A stretch of 64,000 nt of DNA from Callorhinchus milii. Taxonomy: Eukaryota. The position numbers and the translations under genes were made by a program. Shown here one piece after another: positions 63,189 through 64,000 of this stretch. The notes under the pieces are model-generated. The model was not told where the DNA came from, ran no database searches, and saw only the letters and a list, made by a program, of their open reading frames with translations. Numbering within the stretch: position 1 is the first letter of the stretch; every line of letters begins with the position of its first letter. The stretch lies in the NCBI RefSeq assembly GCF_018977255.1, contig NW_024704742.1:102860001-102924000 (forward strand), given 5' to 3'.

Positions 63189-64000
63189 TTAGGAAATTGG
63201 TAATGCATTATTGGAAGTATGTTAAAAATTAAAAATACAGTCACTCCAATTTACAGTGAAGCGCTTTGAGAGATATCTTGATGTAATAAGGCACTATATC
63301 AAATGTAAGCATTATCATAAATTCACTTAGAACTGGCTGCTGAAAAGGGTGTCTGTACACTGACAGGGCTGGATAAAGAGTGCCCAATGGTTGCATTAGA
63401 TGAGTGGTTGCTGAACAGAGGTGGTTTATTATGGGAAAATTGGTCAGGACTGTTGTTGCGAGCAGGTGGGTGCTTTAACAGCTTTGACTGTAGTTAACAG
63501 TCTGAGTGTCCAAAGTACTCATTTCATAATAAAACACCTTTTGTGTTATGGCTCTGTTCAAAAAGAGCATGAATTACAACAGCTAAAATAAAACCATCAT
63601 CAGAGTGACTCAGGCCAATAATTGGTCTGCACCTCTGGCAATGAGTTCCTGGTACCTGCCATCCATCTAGTCAGGGTGAAAGCTTGAGCTTGTTGGATGT
63701 CAAATGACCAACCAGTGACTATTCTCTTTAGGAAGGAGGTAAGCGGTGTCTGCTTAGAGCTGAATTGGCTCCAAGGCGACATAAAAACGGAATGTCAGAA
63801 TTGAGCCCACACTCTGTGGTGGCCTTGGCAGTCCAGTTCCTGAAACAGGCAGGTATACAGAACTCAAGGGCACTGCTGGTAACAGCCCAGCCAGCCTGGC
63901 TCATCAGTAGGATTTAGAAGGACAGATCAGTCACTGAGGGTATGTACTCTTCCTCCTCAGCTCCCATTAATCCTGTAAGCCAAAGCTCTAAGGGATAGGG

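Overview
Repeat-rich vertebrate DNA. The CR1, L2, Deu-type SINE and Penelope-like repeats point to a cartilaginous fish, possibly a holocephalan (inference). Two spliced genes are arranged head-to-head about 16 kb apart. AP3S1 (AP-3 sigma subunit) lies on the minus strand, with coding exons 1-4 at 24074->9014; its later exons are not visible in the window. A complete five-exon CDO1 (cysteine dioxygenase, 200 aa, catalytic residues intact) lies on the plus strand at 40341-61668. Most of the long ORFs in the track are L2 or CR1 LINE debris or low-complexity artefacts. I found no convincing new multi-gene system. The main observations are: (1) no recognisable ATG12 between AP3S1 and CDO1; (2) an inverted duplication bracketing the CDO1 promoter and exons 1-2; (3) Penelope-type hammerhead-like motifs, one sense within AP3S1 intron 1; (4) an L2 inserted into another L2 at almost the homologous position; (5) a 70-bp target duplication; (6) an AP3S1 uORF overlapping the start codon as ATGA; (7) unusual tandem repeats just inside the first intron of both genes. 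Exon coordinates were checked base by base. Repeat boundaries are approximate, and family names come from motif recognition, not database searches.
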